From Gaiellales bacterium (GTDB taxonomy: Bacteria; Actinomycetota; Thermoleophilia; Gaiellales; Gaiellaceae): DNA of 64,000 nucleotides. Shown in pieces: positions 18,369 to 27,494 of this stretch. The notes under the pieces were generated by a model. It searched no databases, had not been told where the DNA came from, and saw only the letters and a program-made list of their open reading frames with translations. Each line of letters starts with the position of its first letter. Position 1 is the first letter of the stretch. The DNA lies in NCBI GenBank assembly GCA_038253945.1, contig JBBSGR010000005.1:34772-98771 (forward strand), given 5' to 3'. Position numbers and translations under genes: made by a program.

Positions 18369-19526
18369 TCAAGGGAAGATCAGGGGGAGCGTCAGGACGG
18401 CTGCCGCAAGCAACGCAGCGCTGGACACCACGATCGACCTGAACGTCCATCGTCTCCTGGTTACGGAGGCGAGGCCCCAGTATGCCGGCAGTGCCAATAG
18501 CCCGAAGCGCGCATCGGACTGAAAGGAGCCGCTGCCCAGCGGCAGCAGGACGAGCAGCGCTCCGAGGACAGTCCACCCCAGAGGCGCGCCCGCTCTCCAC
18601 GCGAGGCCCAACAGCAGGAGAGTGAAGAGGCAAAAGCCGATATCTCGAGCTGCCCACGGGTGTCGGCCGAGTTGGGCGCCCACCCCCGCCAGCGAATGCC
18701 AGACGCCGGTCACGCGGAAGGACCGGCCCCAGGCCTGCTGCGCTTCGCTCCAAGCAAGTGGGTTGCGCAGCGTCCAGCCCAAGTACAGAGGAAACGAGAT
18801 CGCCGCCGCCGGAGCGGCTAGCACGGCGGCGACCCCCCGGCCGCGTGCTTGAGGGCCGCTGTCCCCCCAGCGGCTCAGCAGGCATCCGGCGATCGGGAGA
18901 AACAGTAGGACACCCTCGGGGCGAGCAAGTGCAGCAACCGCCGCCGCCGCTGCGCACGAAAGCCAGCGGCCCTCGACCGAGAGCAGGCCGACGAGTGCAA
19001 AGGCGAGAAGGGCGAGACTCTCCGGATAGACCATCGAAAAGACGTAACCCATCGGAAAGACCGCGAGCAACAAGGTCGCCCGCCGTGCAAGCGAACTTCC
19101 AACGATTCGACTGCCGAACGCGTCGAACGCGAGCAACGCTCCGAGAAAAAATGCATTCGAGAGGAGGAGCCCGGCTATACCGAGCGGCAGGCCCGTGGCT
19201 CCGGCCAGCCTCAGGAGCACCGGATAGAACGGGAAGAAGGCCGGGTCGCTTTGGCGTCCGGGGATCAGGAGATAGCCGCGCTCCGCGATCTGGCGATACC
19301 AAACTCCGTCCCATGCCTCGAGCGCGCCGAACGGGTGCGCGAAGACCGCTGCTCGGAAATATCCGCGCGGAGCGCGGAGCAAGTGGAGCACCAGCGCGGC
19401 AACGAGCACGACACCGCGCGAGTACAACCACCACAACACCAGTGTCCGCCGCCCGGCCAACCACCCGAGAGCCGGTGGGCGAATCGGGGCTCGCGCGCAG
19501 GCGAGGTCGCCCGCTTGCTCAGGCAT
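18369..19526 (-). CDS. Integral-membrane GT-C glycosyltransferase, PIG-V/mannosyltransferase-2-like
   Basis: WDGVWYRQIAERGY...DPAFFPFYPVLLR motif pair followed by about 8 more TM segments. Start re-picked at ATG 19526 (8-nt overlap with the upstream gene's stop). Confidence 0.55.
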   Translation of the reverse strand: MPEQAGDLACARAPIRPPALGWLAGRRTLVLWWLYSRGVVLVAALVLHLLRAPRGYFRAAVFAHPFGALEAWDGVWYRQIAERGYLLIPGRQSDPAFFPFYPVLLRLAGATGLPLGIAGLLLSNAFFLGALLAFDAFGSRIVGSSLARRATLLLAVFPMGYVFSMVYPESLALLAFALVGLLSVEGRWLSCAAAAAVAALARPEGVLLFLPIAGCLLSRWGDSGPQARGRGVAAVLAAPAAAISFPLYLGWTLRNPLAWSEAQQAWGRSFRVTGVWHSLAGVGAQLGRHPWAARDIGFCLFTLLLLGLAWRAGAPLGWTVLGALLVLLPLGSGSFQSDARFGLLALPAYWGLASVTRRRWTFRSIVVSSAALLAAAVLTLPLIFP

Positions 19527-20268
19527 GCAGACGCCTCGGTTCGTGCACGATTCCGAAGGCACGCCGGACGCGCACAATCGTCACTAGCGTTCCACCAGGA
19601 GCAAGGTCGCTCTGACCTCGCCCATCTTTGCCCGACAGCGTCAGCTCGACTGGCTTGTATCCGCGCGCATCGACATAGAGGTGGATCGGCGAGCGGCGAT
19701 GCCCGAAGCGAATCGCGACCACCGGCCCGCCATCGGCCGAGGCGGCGTCAGCCTCAATCGATGAATCCCGAAGTCGCGTGCCAATCCGGTCCGCCAGCAC
19801 AGTTGGGCAGCCGGCGAGCAGGAATCGCGCCTGATCCGCGCGGTCCGATCTTCCTCTACGGCCGACCTCTCGGACACCGTGCCCGAAGTCGTAGAGACGC
19901 TCGCCGTCCCCGAGCAACACAAGTGCCCCGAACGCCGGCCGGGCGCTCAGCCAACTGAATCGACCCTGTACGCAAACAGCAGAGATCCTGCGGCCGCCGA
20001 TGTTCTCTGTCGCGCGCATCTCGTGGTAGCGCAACAACCTCCGCAGCATGTCGGCGGTGACCAGTGACTCGGCAGGCGGCCGCGGGAACGCCGCAGCCTG
20101 CAGGCCTAGGCCGAGCATGGCGATGCACAAGGGAATCAGTAGGGCGGGCAGCAACCAGCGAAAGCGGACGAGCGCTCGCACCTGGAGGATGTTCGCGCGT
20201 CCGAGCTGCAAGGGCTCGAGACCTCCCGGTTGCTTAACGAACGCGTAACCATCCGTTGAGCTCGACAT
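19519..20268 (-). CDS. Membrane-anchored hypothetical protein
   Basis: Single N-terminal TM (WLLPALLIPLCIAMLGLGLQAAAF) followed by a soluble domain. Start re-picked at ATG 20268. No recognisable family. Confidence 0.45.
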   Translation of the reverse strand: MSSSTDGYAFVKQPGGLEPLQLGRANILQVRALVRFRWLLPALLIPLCIAMLGLGLQAAAFPRPPAESLVTADMLRRLLRYHEMRATENIGGRRISAVCVQGRFSWLSARPAFGALVLLGDGERLYDFGHGVREVGRRGRSDRADQARFLLAGCPTVLADRIGTRLRDSSIEADAASADGGPVVAIRFGHRRSPIHLYVDARGYKPVELTLSGKDGRGQSDLAPGGTLVTIVRVRRAFGIVHEPRRLHA

Positions 20269-20368
20269 TCCACGCGCGCCCGGTTCGGAGCCGGCAAGCG
20301 CGGACGTCGAGGACGGGCTCACGACGCGGCCCACCCCGGTCGCCGGCGAGGAAGCCGGATCCGCCGCT

Positions 20369-21238
20369 TCACGTTCCGCCGTTCTGCGCGCCGGCGGCGA
20401 GCTCGCTGATTGCACGCGTGCGCGTGACGAGGATCGTCCCCACGAGGGCAACGACGAGCCCGATCGCAATCGGGGCGCCGCCGAGCTCGGCGGAGGCCCA
20501 CCGCTCATGCAGGAAGAGCGGCTCGAGGACGATGGGCAAGAACGTCTGCACGGCCGTGTTGACCGGCACGACGGTGGTGGCGCGGAGCCGCTGGAACGCA
20601 GTCATCCCCGTGACGGTGGCGGCAATCCCTGTCAGGAGGGCGACGGCCGCCCATACCACCGTCGGCATGTAGTGACTCCGGCCCACATCGTCGCTCATCA
20701 GCTTGGTTGCGATATTGCTCGCCGCGAACCCACAGCCGGAGCCGGCGATGGCGAGCATCCCCGTGTCGAGGCGAGTGCCGCGTACGGCGAATGGCGCGAA
20801 GCTGCACGCCGAAAGCGCACCGACGACCGCGGCGACGGCGGCGACGCCGCGATGGGCCTCGCTATGCGGCGGGGCCCCCGATGCGACGAGCGCGACGCCG
20901 CCGATGATCGCCAGCACGCCGAGCACCTCGAGAATCCCGACGCGCTCGTGGAACATTCGCGCGCCCAGCACCAGCAAGACGACAAGACCCATCGCGAGCG
21001 CCGGCTGCACGACGACGAAGGGCGCCTCGGCAAGCGCGAGCACCTGCGGCCCGATACCGAGCACACCGAGCGTCGCGCCAGCGAGCCAACGCGGTCGCCG
21101 CAGCAGCCGCGCCAGGAGGGGCAAGCGAAGGCCAAGCCTCCGCGGCGCGCTCCGCGCCTCGATGCCCTGGAGCGCGATGCCGACGTTAAATAGCAGCGAC
21201 GCGACGAGCGCCGCACTGAGGCCGATCGCGAACGTCAT
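20369..21238 (-). CDS. DMT-superfamily (EamA/NIPA-like) transporter
   Basis: About 9-10 hydrophobic segments with an internal duplication pattern typical of drug/metabolite transporters. Confidence 0.6.
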   Translation of the reverse strand: MTFAIGLSAALVASLLFNVGIALQGIEARSAPRRLGLRLPLLARLLRRPRWLAGATLGVLGIGPQVLALAEAPFVVVQPALAMGLVVLLVLGARMFHERVGILEVLGVLAIIGGVALVASGAPPHSEAHRGVAAVAAVVGALSACSFAPFAVRGTRLDTGMLAIAGSGCGFAASNIATKLMSDDVGRSHYMPTVVWAAVALLTGIAATVTGMTAFQRLRATTVVPVNTAVQTFLPIVLEPLFLHERWASAELGGAPIAIGLVVALVGTILVTRTRAISELAAGAQNGGT

Positions 21239-21399
21239 CTGCCACTAACGGCGCAGCCCATCGCCCGCGGCCGCGGCGATTGCTGGACGGTCTGGTCGCG
21301 CTAAGGGAACGAGGCGCGAGCGACCCCGTCTGGACTCGCGTGCCGCTTGGGGGCGGCTCGGCGGGCGGGCGGCGTCGTGCTGCCGCACGACGCCAGCCA

Positions 21400-22383
21400 C
21401 TACAGCTCCGACGGCTCCGGGCGGAGAACGATCGCGGCTCTGCCGCTCGTACTCGAGGCGGTCGCGGGCCGCAGCCTGCGCGGCGTCCGCGTCACCGACT
21501 CGACGTAGCGGCGGGCGCCCTCGGCGAACGGCGTGATCGCCGACCAGTCCAACTCTTGCGCGGCCCGCGCGCCGGAGATCCGCACGGGTCGCAGGTCCGC
21601 CGCGCGGCGGTCGACGTGCACGATCTCGACGGGGGCGACGAGCCGCCGGACCGTCTCGGCGATCTCGCGCACCGTCACCGTCTCGTCGCCGACGAGGCTG
21701 TAGATCCGGTTCGGTACCGGCGGCGCCAGCGCAGCGACGACGCCGCGCGCGAGGTCCTCGACGTAGACGAACTGGCGCGACTGGCTACCGTCGCCGGCGA
21801 TCATCAGCGCCCGACCGGCGAGGGCGCGCTCGACGAAGGTCGCGAGCACGGTCGCCGGGCGCGCGCGCGGCCCGTACGGGATGCCGAACCGGAGGATGGT
21901 GTGCTCGAGGCTGTAGAGCTCGCCGTACGAGCGGCAGTACATCTCGCCCGCGAGCTTCGTCGCCGTGTACAGGTGCGCCGGATGCGGGAGCGGCGAGTCG
22001 TCGTCGAGCGGCTCTGCGCCGTCCGCGTTGCCATAGACCCAGATCGTGCTTGCGTAGACGACGTGCGCCACGTCCTGCGCATGCGCCGCCTCGAGCAGCA
22101 GCGCCGTCCCGCCAGCGTTCACCGCTTGAGCTCGCGACGGGTCATGGACGACGCGGTTGACGTCGGAGACCGCTGCGAGGTGCGCGATCACGTCGCACCC
22201 GGTGACCGCCGCCTTGAGCGCGTCGCGGTCACAGATGTCGCCGAGAACGAACTCAACCTCGCGGGGATCGTGATACGGCGAGGGCACGAGGTCGAAGATC
22301 CGCGGCTCGTGACCGGCGGCGCGCACGCAGTCGATGACGTGCGAGCCGATGAAGCCGGAGCCGCCGGTGACAAGAACCTTCAC
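21400..22383 (-). CDS. NAD-dependent sugar epimerase/dehydratase
   Basis: VLVTGGSGFIGSHV Rossmann motif and the YTATKLAGE (YxxxK) catalytic motif. The GTG start at 22383 overlaps the aminotransferase stop (GTGA). Confidence 0.85.
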   Translation of the reverse strand: MKVLVTGGSGFIGSHVIDCVRAAGHEPRIFDLVPSPYHDPREVEFVLGDICDRDALKAAVTGCDVIAHLAAVSDVNRVVHDPSRAQAVNAGGTALLLEAAHAQDVAHVVYASTIWVYGNADGAEPLDDDSPLPHPAHLYTATKLAGEMYCRSYGELYSLEHTILRFGIPYGPRARPATVLATFVERALAGRALMIAGDGSQSRQFVYVEDLARGVVAALAPPVPNRIYSLVGDETVTVREIAETVRRLVAPVEIVHVDRRAADLRPVRISGARAAQELDWSAITPFAEGARRYVESVTRTPRRLRPATASSTSGRAAIVLRPEPSEL

Positions 22384-23411
22384 GCGTTGATCTTCGCCGG
22401 GATGTCGGCCGTCGACGCCGGCCGGTAGTAGAGCGGGGCGCACCAGTGGTTCGTCGCGACCCAATCACTGTTCGGCAGGTCGGCCTGCGCGCCCATGATG
22501 CGGTGGCACGGCTCGTCGTAGACCTTTCCGGTCGAGCGCTCGATCGGCTGGAACACGATGTACTTGTACAACCCGGACACCATTCCATCCGGCAGCTCCA
22601 CCCGGGCGGGGTGCCGCGGGTCGAGCAACTCGCGCGCCTGCTCGTTCTTCCACTGCGTGATCTCGTCGAGCCGCTCGACCTCGACGACGCCGACCGCGGC
22701 CGTGAATTCGTTCATGCGGCAGTTCAGCCCGTGCGCGGCGAAGTCGGGTTTGCCGTAGTTTCGGAACGTGCGCGCGTGCTCAATGACGTCGGCGTGCCGC
22801 GAGACCACGGCACCCCCCTCGCCCGTGGAGATGGTCTTCGTCGCCGCGAACGACCAGATGCCCGCGTCGCCCCAGCTCCCGGCGCGGCGGCTGTGCCAGC
22901 CCGCGCCGTGTGCGTGCGCGCAGTCCTCGATCAGGAAAATCCCCTCGGCTCGGCAGAACTCGGCGATCCGCACTACGTCGAAGGCGAGGTGGCCGCCGAT
23001 GTGCACGAGGATCGCGGCGTGCGGCTTGTGCGCAGCTACTTTCCGTTCGAAGTCCTCGAAGGACATGCAGAGATCGGTCCGGTTGCAGTCCACGAACTCC
23101 ACCCGGCCGCCCGCGTGGAGCACGGAGAGCGGCGTCGCCATGAACGTGTTTGAGGGGCAGAGAACGGTCTTGCCGCGCACGTCGACGTAGTCGAGAACAG
23201 CGAGTGCGGCGCCGCTCCAGCCGGAGTACGCGACCGCGGATAGCCCGACCCAGTCCGCCCACGCAGACTCGAACGCCGCCACCATCTCTCCCTCCGACCA
23301 GACCTCCGCGTCGAGCACCGACTGCCACAGCTCGTGCAGCCGCGTGCGGTCGCGGTGATCGAACCCGATCGCGAAGCGGCCGACGCTCGCTGTGGTGCGC
23401 TGGTCGGCCAC
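22380..23411 (-). CDS. DegT/DnrJ/EryC1/StrS-family PLP-dependent sugar aminotransferase
   Basis: EDCAHAHGA...SFAATKTISTGEGG (PLP lysine in ATK), and LCPSNTFMAT. Confidence 0.85.
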   Translation of the reverse strand: MADQRTTASVGRFAIGFDHRDRTRLHELWQSVLDAEVWSEGEMVAAFESAWADWVGLSAVAYSGWSGAALAVLDYVDVRGKTVLCPSNTFMATPLSVLHAGGRVEFVDCNRTDLCMSFEDFERKVAAHKPHAAILVHIGGHLAFDVVRIAEFCRAEGIFLIEDCAHAHGAGWHSRRAGSWGDAGIWSFAATKTISTGEGGAVVSRHADVIEHARTFRNYGKPDFAAHGLNCRMNEFTAAVGVVEVERLDEITQWKNEQARELLDPRHPARVELPDGMVSGLYKYIVFQPIERSTGKVYDEPCHRIMGAQADLPNSDWVATNHWCAPLYYRPASTADIPAKINA

Positions 23412-23459
23412 GAGAGCCGAAGCGTAACGGCCCGCGCGGGACTCCCACGAGGTGAACCA

Positions 23460-24545
23460 TCATCGCGGCTCCGCGGCGGCGAGGACGAGCGAGGCGGCCG
23501 ACGGCAGCGCGCGGAAGGCATCGGTCCGCGTCCTGCCGCGCGCGAGCGCGCGCCGGAGCGCCCACCCGAGCTCCGTGCGCGTCGCCACAACATCGGCGAG
23601 GCCGAAGCGACGGAACGCCGCGTTATGGAGGCGGATGTGGCCGCGGCCCCAGCCGTACGAGATCGCGGGGCAGCCGCGCATCAGCGCCTCGAGTACCGTC
23701 AGGCCGCCGGTCGAGTGAACGAGGACGTCGGCGGCGGCCAGCCAGTCCGGCATCTGCTCCGTGAAGGCCTCTACCCGCACGCGCGGCTCAGCGGCGAACC
23801 GCCACGCAAGCCGCGTGCGCAACCGGTCGTTGCGTCCGCACAGGCCGACGACGTGCGAGACCTCGTCGATCCGCAACGCTTCCTCGACAGCTCCATCGAC
23901 GTCGCCAACGCCCCAGCCGCCGCCGGAGACAAGCACGAGCTTGCCCGCGGCCGGCAGCCCCAGCGCGTCCCGTGCGTCCGCGGCCGACCGCTCGCCGAGG
24001 AACGCGGCCGCCGTCAACCCGTGCACCCACTCGACTCTCGCGTCAGCGCCTGCGATCCGCCTCACCTCGTCGGCCGACTCGGGGTGCGTGATCAGGTGGA
24101 GATCGACGCCGGGCGCCGCCCAGTAGCGGAGACCGGCGACGTCCGTGATCGCGGAGACGACCGGCACGTCGAGCGCGCCGGACCGCCGCAGCCGTGCGAG
24201 CACCTCGGTCGTGGTCGGGTACGTCGACACGACGACACCCGGGTCGAGCGAACGGATCAGCCGGAGCAGGCCCGCTCCGCCGACGCGCGCGAGCAGCGCC
24301 TGCGCCGCGCGTCGCGTCGGGCCGAAGCCCGCGAAGACCCAAAACCCCAGGTCCCACAGCCATAGGAACCGGAAGAAGACGACGCGGCCCGCGTCGGCGC
24401 TGATCGCGGTGACTACGCGCCCCATCGGCTCGAGGCCGTCCCGCGTAACCACCTCGACGTCCGGCCGCTCCGCCCGGAGCTGCGCGGCCAGCGTGCGCGC
24501 CGGGAGATCGTGGCCCTCGCCGACGCTCGCGGTCAGGATCAGCAC
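23460..24545 (-). CDS. GT28 / MGDG-synthase-like glycosyltransferase (diacylglycerol glycosyltransferase-like)
   Basis: The N-terminal ILTASVGEGHDLPARTLAAQL motif of the MGDG-synthase domain and a C-terminal GT-B nucleotide-sugar domain (VLVHSTGGLTVLEALMRGCP). Confidence 0.75.
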   Translation of the reverse strand: MLILTASVGEGHDLPARTLAAQLRAERPDVEVVTRDGLEPMGRVVTAISADAGRVVFFRFLWLWDLGFWVFAGFGPTRRAAQALLARVGGAGLLRLIRSLDPGVVVSTYPTTTEVLARLRRSGALDVPVVSAITDVAGLRYWAAPGVDLHLITHPESADEVRRIAGADARVEWVHGLTAAAFLGERSAADARDALGLPAAGKLVLVSGGGWGVGDVDGAVEEALRIDEVSHVVGLCGRNDRLRTRLAWRFAAEPRVRVEAFTEQMPDWLAAADVLVHSTGGLTVLEALMRGCPAISYGWGRGHIRLHNAAFRRFGLADVVATRTELGWALRRALARGRTRTDAFRALPSAASLVLAAAEPR

Positions 24546-24805
24546 ACGCTGGGGGCTGCGACGGGTCTCGCGGGCGGTCAGCTGTCGACTCGCGATGTCG
24601 CGATGCGCCCCCGCGGGGAGTGCGTGCCGAACACGAGGTCCCGCCAGGGGACGCCGACGCAGAAGCAGGTGGGCAACGCGCTAAGCGCCTCCTGGGTGGT
24701 GCGCGCTTGCGCGCTGCAGTCGCGACACCTCACCGACACGGACTCTAGCGCGGCGGGAGGAGTGCGGATACGGGAGCAGGCTCGTGCGTCTGGCAAGCTC
24801 GTCCC

Positions 24806-25471
24806 ATGCTCTCGCTCGTCGCGCTGGTCGTGACGGTCGGCCTCGTCGACTCTGTCAACCCCTCGACGGTCGGGCCCGCACTCTACCTCGCCACCCGGCG
24901 CGGCAGTCGTCACGGCGTCGCCGCCTTCACGCTCGGCGTCTTCGGGATGTCGTTCCTGGGTGGCCTCGTGCTCACCCTCGGCCCCGGCCACGCGCTCGTA
25001 ACAGCGCTCCCGCGGCCTGGGAAGCACACGACCGCGCTCGTCGAGCTGTGCCTCGGGGCCGCCAGCCTGCTCGTCGCGCTCGGGCTCTGGCTCGCGCGCT
25101 CGCGCGTCGCGTGTCGCGTCCGGAGGAACGAGCTTCGCGCCGGGCGCTCGCCGCTGATCCTCGGCGCCGGGATCATGGCGGTCGAGCTGCCGACGGCGTT
25201 CCCGTACTTCGCAGTGGTCGCGGCGGTCGTCGGCTCGGGAAGGCGGGTCGAGACGCAGATCGCGCTCGTCATCCTGTTCAACACGATCTTCGTCACGCCG
25301 CTCATTGCCATCGCAGCGCTCCGGAGTCTGGCGCACGAGCGCGCGGAGGCGTCGCTCACCCGGCTGCGCGACCGCGTGGACCGCCATACCGCCGCGCTCC
25401 TGCCCGCGCTCGTCGCTCTCGTTGGGGTCGCGCTGCTCGCGATCGGCACCTCCGGTCTCCTCGCTGCGTGA
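24806..25471 (+). CDS. GAP-family (Sap-like) membrane protein
   Basis: N-terminal LVDSVNPSTVGPALYLA motif and about 6 TM segments. Confidence 0.5.
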   Translation: MLSLVALVVTVGLVDSVNPSTVGPALYLATRRGSRHGVAAFTLGVFGMSFLGGLVLTLGPGHALVTALPRPGKHTTALVELCLGAASLLVALGLWLARSRVACRVRRNELRAGRSPLILGAGIMAVELPTAFPYFAVVAAVVGSGRRVETQIALVILFNTIFVTPLIAIAALRSLAHERAEASLTRLRDRVDRHTAALLPALVALVGVALLAIGTSGLLAA

Positions 25472-25588
25472 GAACCGCCATCAAGCCGCATCACTCGCTG
25501 TGGTACGACACCCGGCTTGCCTTCGCTCGTGAAGAACTGACAGCCGCCCAGAGCTCCATGAAGAGTGTCCCGTACTGCCTCCCGGCGG

Positions 25589-26506
25589 TCACGACGACGA
25601 GGCTCGCCGTATCGTGGTGGCAGCCCTGGCCGGTTTCCAGCTGCCGTTGGCGGCGAAGCCCATCGAGCCCAGGCGCAGACGGAGCTGCCGCCGTACCTCG
25701 CTCCAGATGACGGCCGGCTCGGCGCCGTAGGCGCCGACGAATTGCGGCGTCATCGCCACCCCGAGGTTCTCGAGCAGCGCATCGCCGAACGTGTGGAACG
25801 CGTCGACCGTCTCACGGATGACAGCGGCCGCGCTCGCGCCGTCACGTGCAAGGCGGCGGCGTGCGTAGGAGACGCCGATCCCGATGTGGCGAACCTCGTC
25901 GCGGACCGCGAGCCGCTGCACCTCCTGCAAGCCCGGAAACGCTCCGACCCGCTTGAACTGCTCGGCGACGAAGCTCTGGTTGGCGCGCCCGATCGAGCCC
26001 TCGGCGATCACGTGGTACGCGAGCACCGCGCGCAGGAAGGCATCTTCGTCGCGCGTCTGCTCGAGCTCGCGCACGACGCCATCGAGAGCATCGTAGAGCG
26101 CCGCGGCGGCAGGATCGAGCTGCTCGTCGGCGAGCGCTTTCACCGCCGCGATACCCCCTTCGACGCCGAAGATCTCGGCGTACACACGCAACACGGACTC
26201 GATGTGGCGGTGCTCGTCGGCCACCTGTGTCGCGAGGAGCAGCTGAACCTCGTAGTCGGGCGCGGCAAGCAGGAAGGGAGCGAGCAGCGCGGCGACGTTG
26301 AACTCGGCGTGGAAGCGATGCGCGAAGATCCAGACGAGCCCCTTCTGCGCCACGTCGTCCAAAGCGGCGAATGTGTCCGCGTCGACGGAGAAGTCAACCG
26401 CGAACGGCGACCAGTGGTGCCGCTCCCAGTGCTCGTACAGCGCGGCGAAGGGACGCGGTTGCTGTACGAGGGCCTCGATCTCGGCCGTCTTCTGTTCCAA
26501 GCCCAT
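25589..26506 (-). CDS. Ferritin-like di-iron protein related to ribonucleotide reductase R2 (R2-like, non-canonical)
   Basis: Carboxylate/His ligand pattern FHAEF ... ADEHRH ... IAEG ... RDEVRH. The position where class I R2 has the radical Tyr (His+4) reads Val. Confidence 0.6.
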   Translation of the reverse strand: MGLEQKTAEIEALVQQPRPFAALYEHWERHHWSPFAVDFSVDADTFAALDDVAQKGLVWIFAHRFHAEFNVAALLAPFLLAAPDYEVQLLLATQVADEHRHIESVLRVYAEIFGVEGGIAAVKALADEQLDPAAAALYDALDGVVRELEQTRDEDAFLRAVLAYHVIAEGSIGRANQSFVAEQFKRVGAFPGLQEVQRLAVRDEVRHIGIGVSYARRRLARDGASAAAVIRETVDAFHTFGDALLENLGVAMTPQFVGAYGAEPAVIWSEVRRQLRLRLGSMGFAANGSWKPARAATTIRRASSS

Positions 26507-26755
26507 CGTTCGGAAAATACCCGCCTTCGCACTCTCGCGGTTCGTCTACCGGTGAGCAGGCGCTACAAGAGGGCCTATCCAGATGACCCCGAGGCATGCG
26601 CGGGCGCGGCCGTGCGAGTGGATTGGCCAGAGAATGCCGCGCCATCAACTCGACCAGAGGTTGGGTCGTCGGACCTCAGTCCCGGTGGACTGACCAACGA
26701 GCGGGAGCGCCATCTCTGTGTTGTCCTTCGCCTGTTTACCTAGAATCGGCGCGTC

Positions 26756-27463
26756 GTGCCCCGCCCCGCGCCGACGCTCCTCGTCTTGGTTTTGCTCGGA
26801 GCCACGGCGGCAGCCTTCACAGTCGCGGAGCACTTCAAGCTGGAGCAGACGACGATTCTGGCGCCGCGCTGGGATCGGGTCTTCTCACCGGTGTGCCGCT
26901 GCTCACACCGAACGGCCTTACTGACCTTCCGACTGCCGAGACGCGACACCGTTCGCGTCAGCGTGCTCGATACCCGAGGCCAGGCGATGAGAGTGCTCGG
27001 AGATCGCCTTGCCCGGCGGCGCCGCGGGGTGACTTTTCAATGGAACGGGAAGACTGACCTCGGCCGGCTGGTACCCGATGGCCAATACAGCTACCGCATC
27101 AAGCTGGTTCGCGGGGCGCGAACGGTCGTCATTCCGTACCCGGTCACCGTCGACACGACTTCGCCGAGCCTCCGGATCGTCTCCGTCGATCCACGCTCGC
27201 TTCGTGCCGGAGTCGACGGTCATGCGGGCCGCGTCAAGATCCGCTACCGGCTGACTGAGCGCGCGCGGGTGACCGTCTTCTTCCGCGGTCGTGCCGTCGT
27301 GCGCGGACGCCGTAAGCGCCCGCGCGGCCAGCTCGACTGGTACGCCCGCTCCGGCGGAAAGGCGCTGCCGCCCGGTATCTACAAGTTGGCTCTCGTAGCC
27401 GAGGACGCGGCCGGGAATCGCTCGCCGCCCGCAGCGGTCACAGCCCGCATCCGGCCGGGCTGA
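26756..27463 (+). CDS. Secreted protein with an FlgD-Ig-like domain
   Basis: Signal-like N-terminus (TLLVLVLLGATAAAF). The FQWNGKTDLGRLVPDGQYSYRIKL motif is characteristic of FlgD Ig-like domains. Confidence 0.5.
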   Translation: MPRPAPTLLVLVLLGATAAAFTVAEHFKLEQTTILAPRWDRVFSPVCRCSHRTALLTFRLPRRDTVRVSVLDTRGQAMRVLGDRLARRRRGVTFQWNGKTDLGRLVPDGQYSYRIKLVRGARTVVIPYPVTVDTTSPSLRIVSVDPRSLRAGVDGHAGRVKIRYRLTERARVTVFFRGRAVVRGRRKRPRGQLDWYARSGGKALPPGIYKLALVAEDAAGNRSPPAAVTARIRPG

Positions 27464-27494
27464 GTGACTACGCGCATCGCCCGCTTGCTCACTG

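Noticed and set aside
26507-26755. Riboswitch (for example cobalamin) in the 250-bp region upstream of the R2-like gene
   Set aside because: I could recognise no B12-box-like GCCACTG core or other riboswitch signature. The region is a divergent promoter spacer. A covariance-model scan would be needed to exclude it formally.
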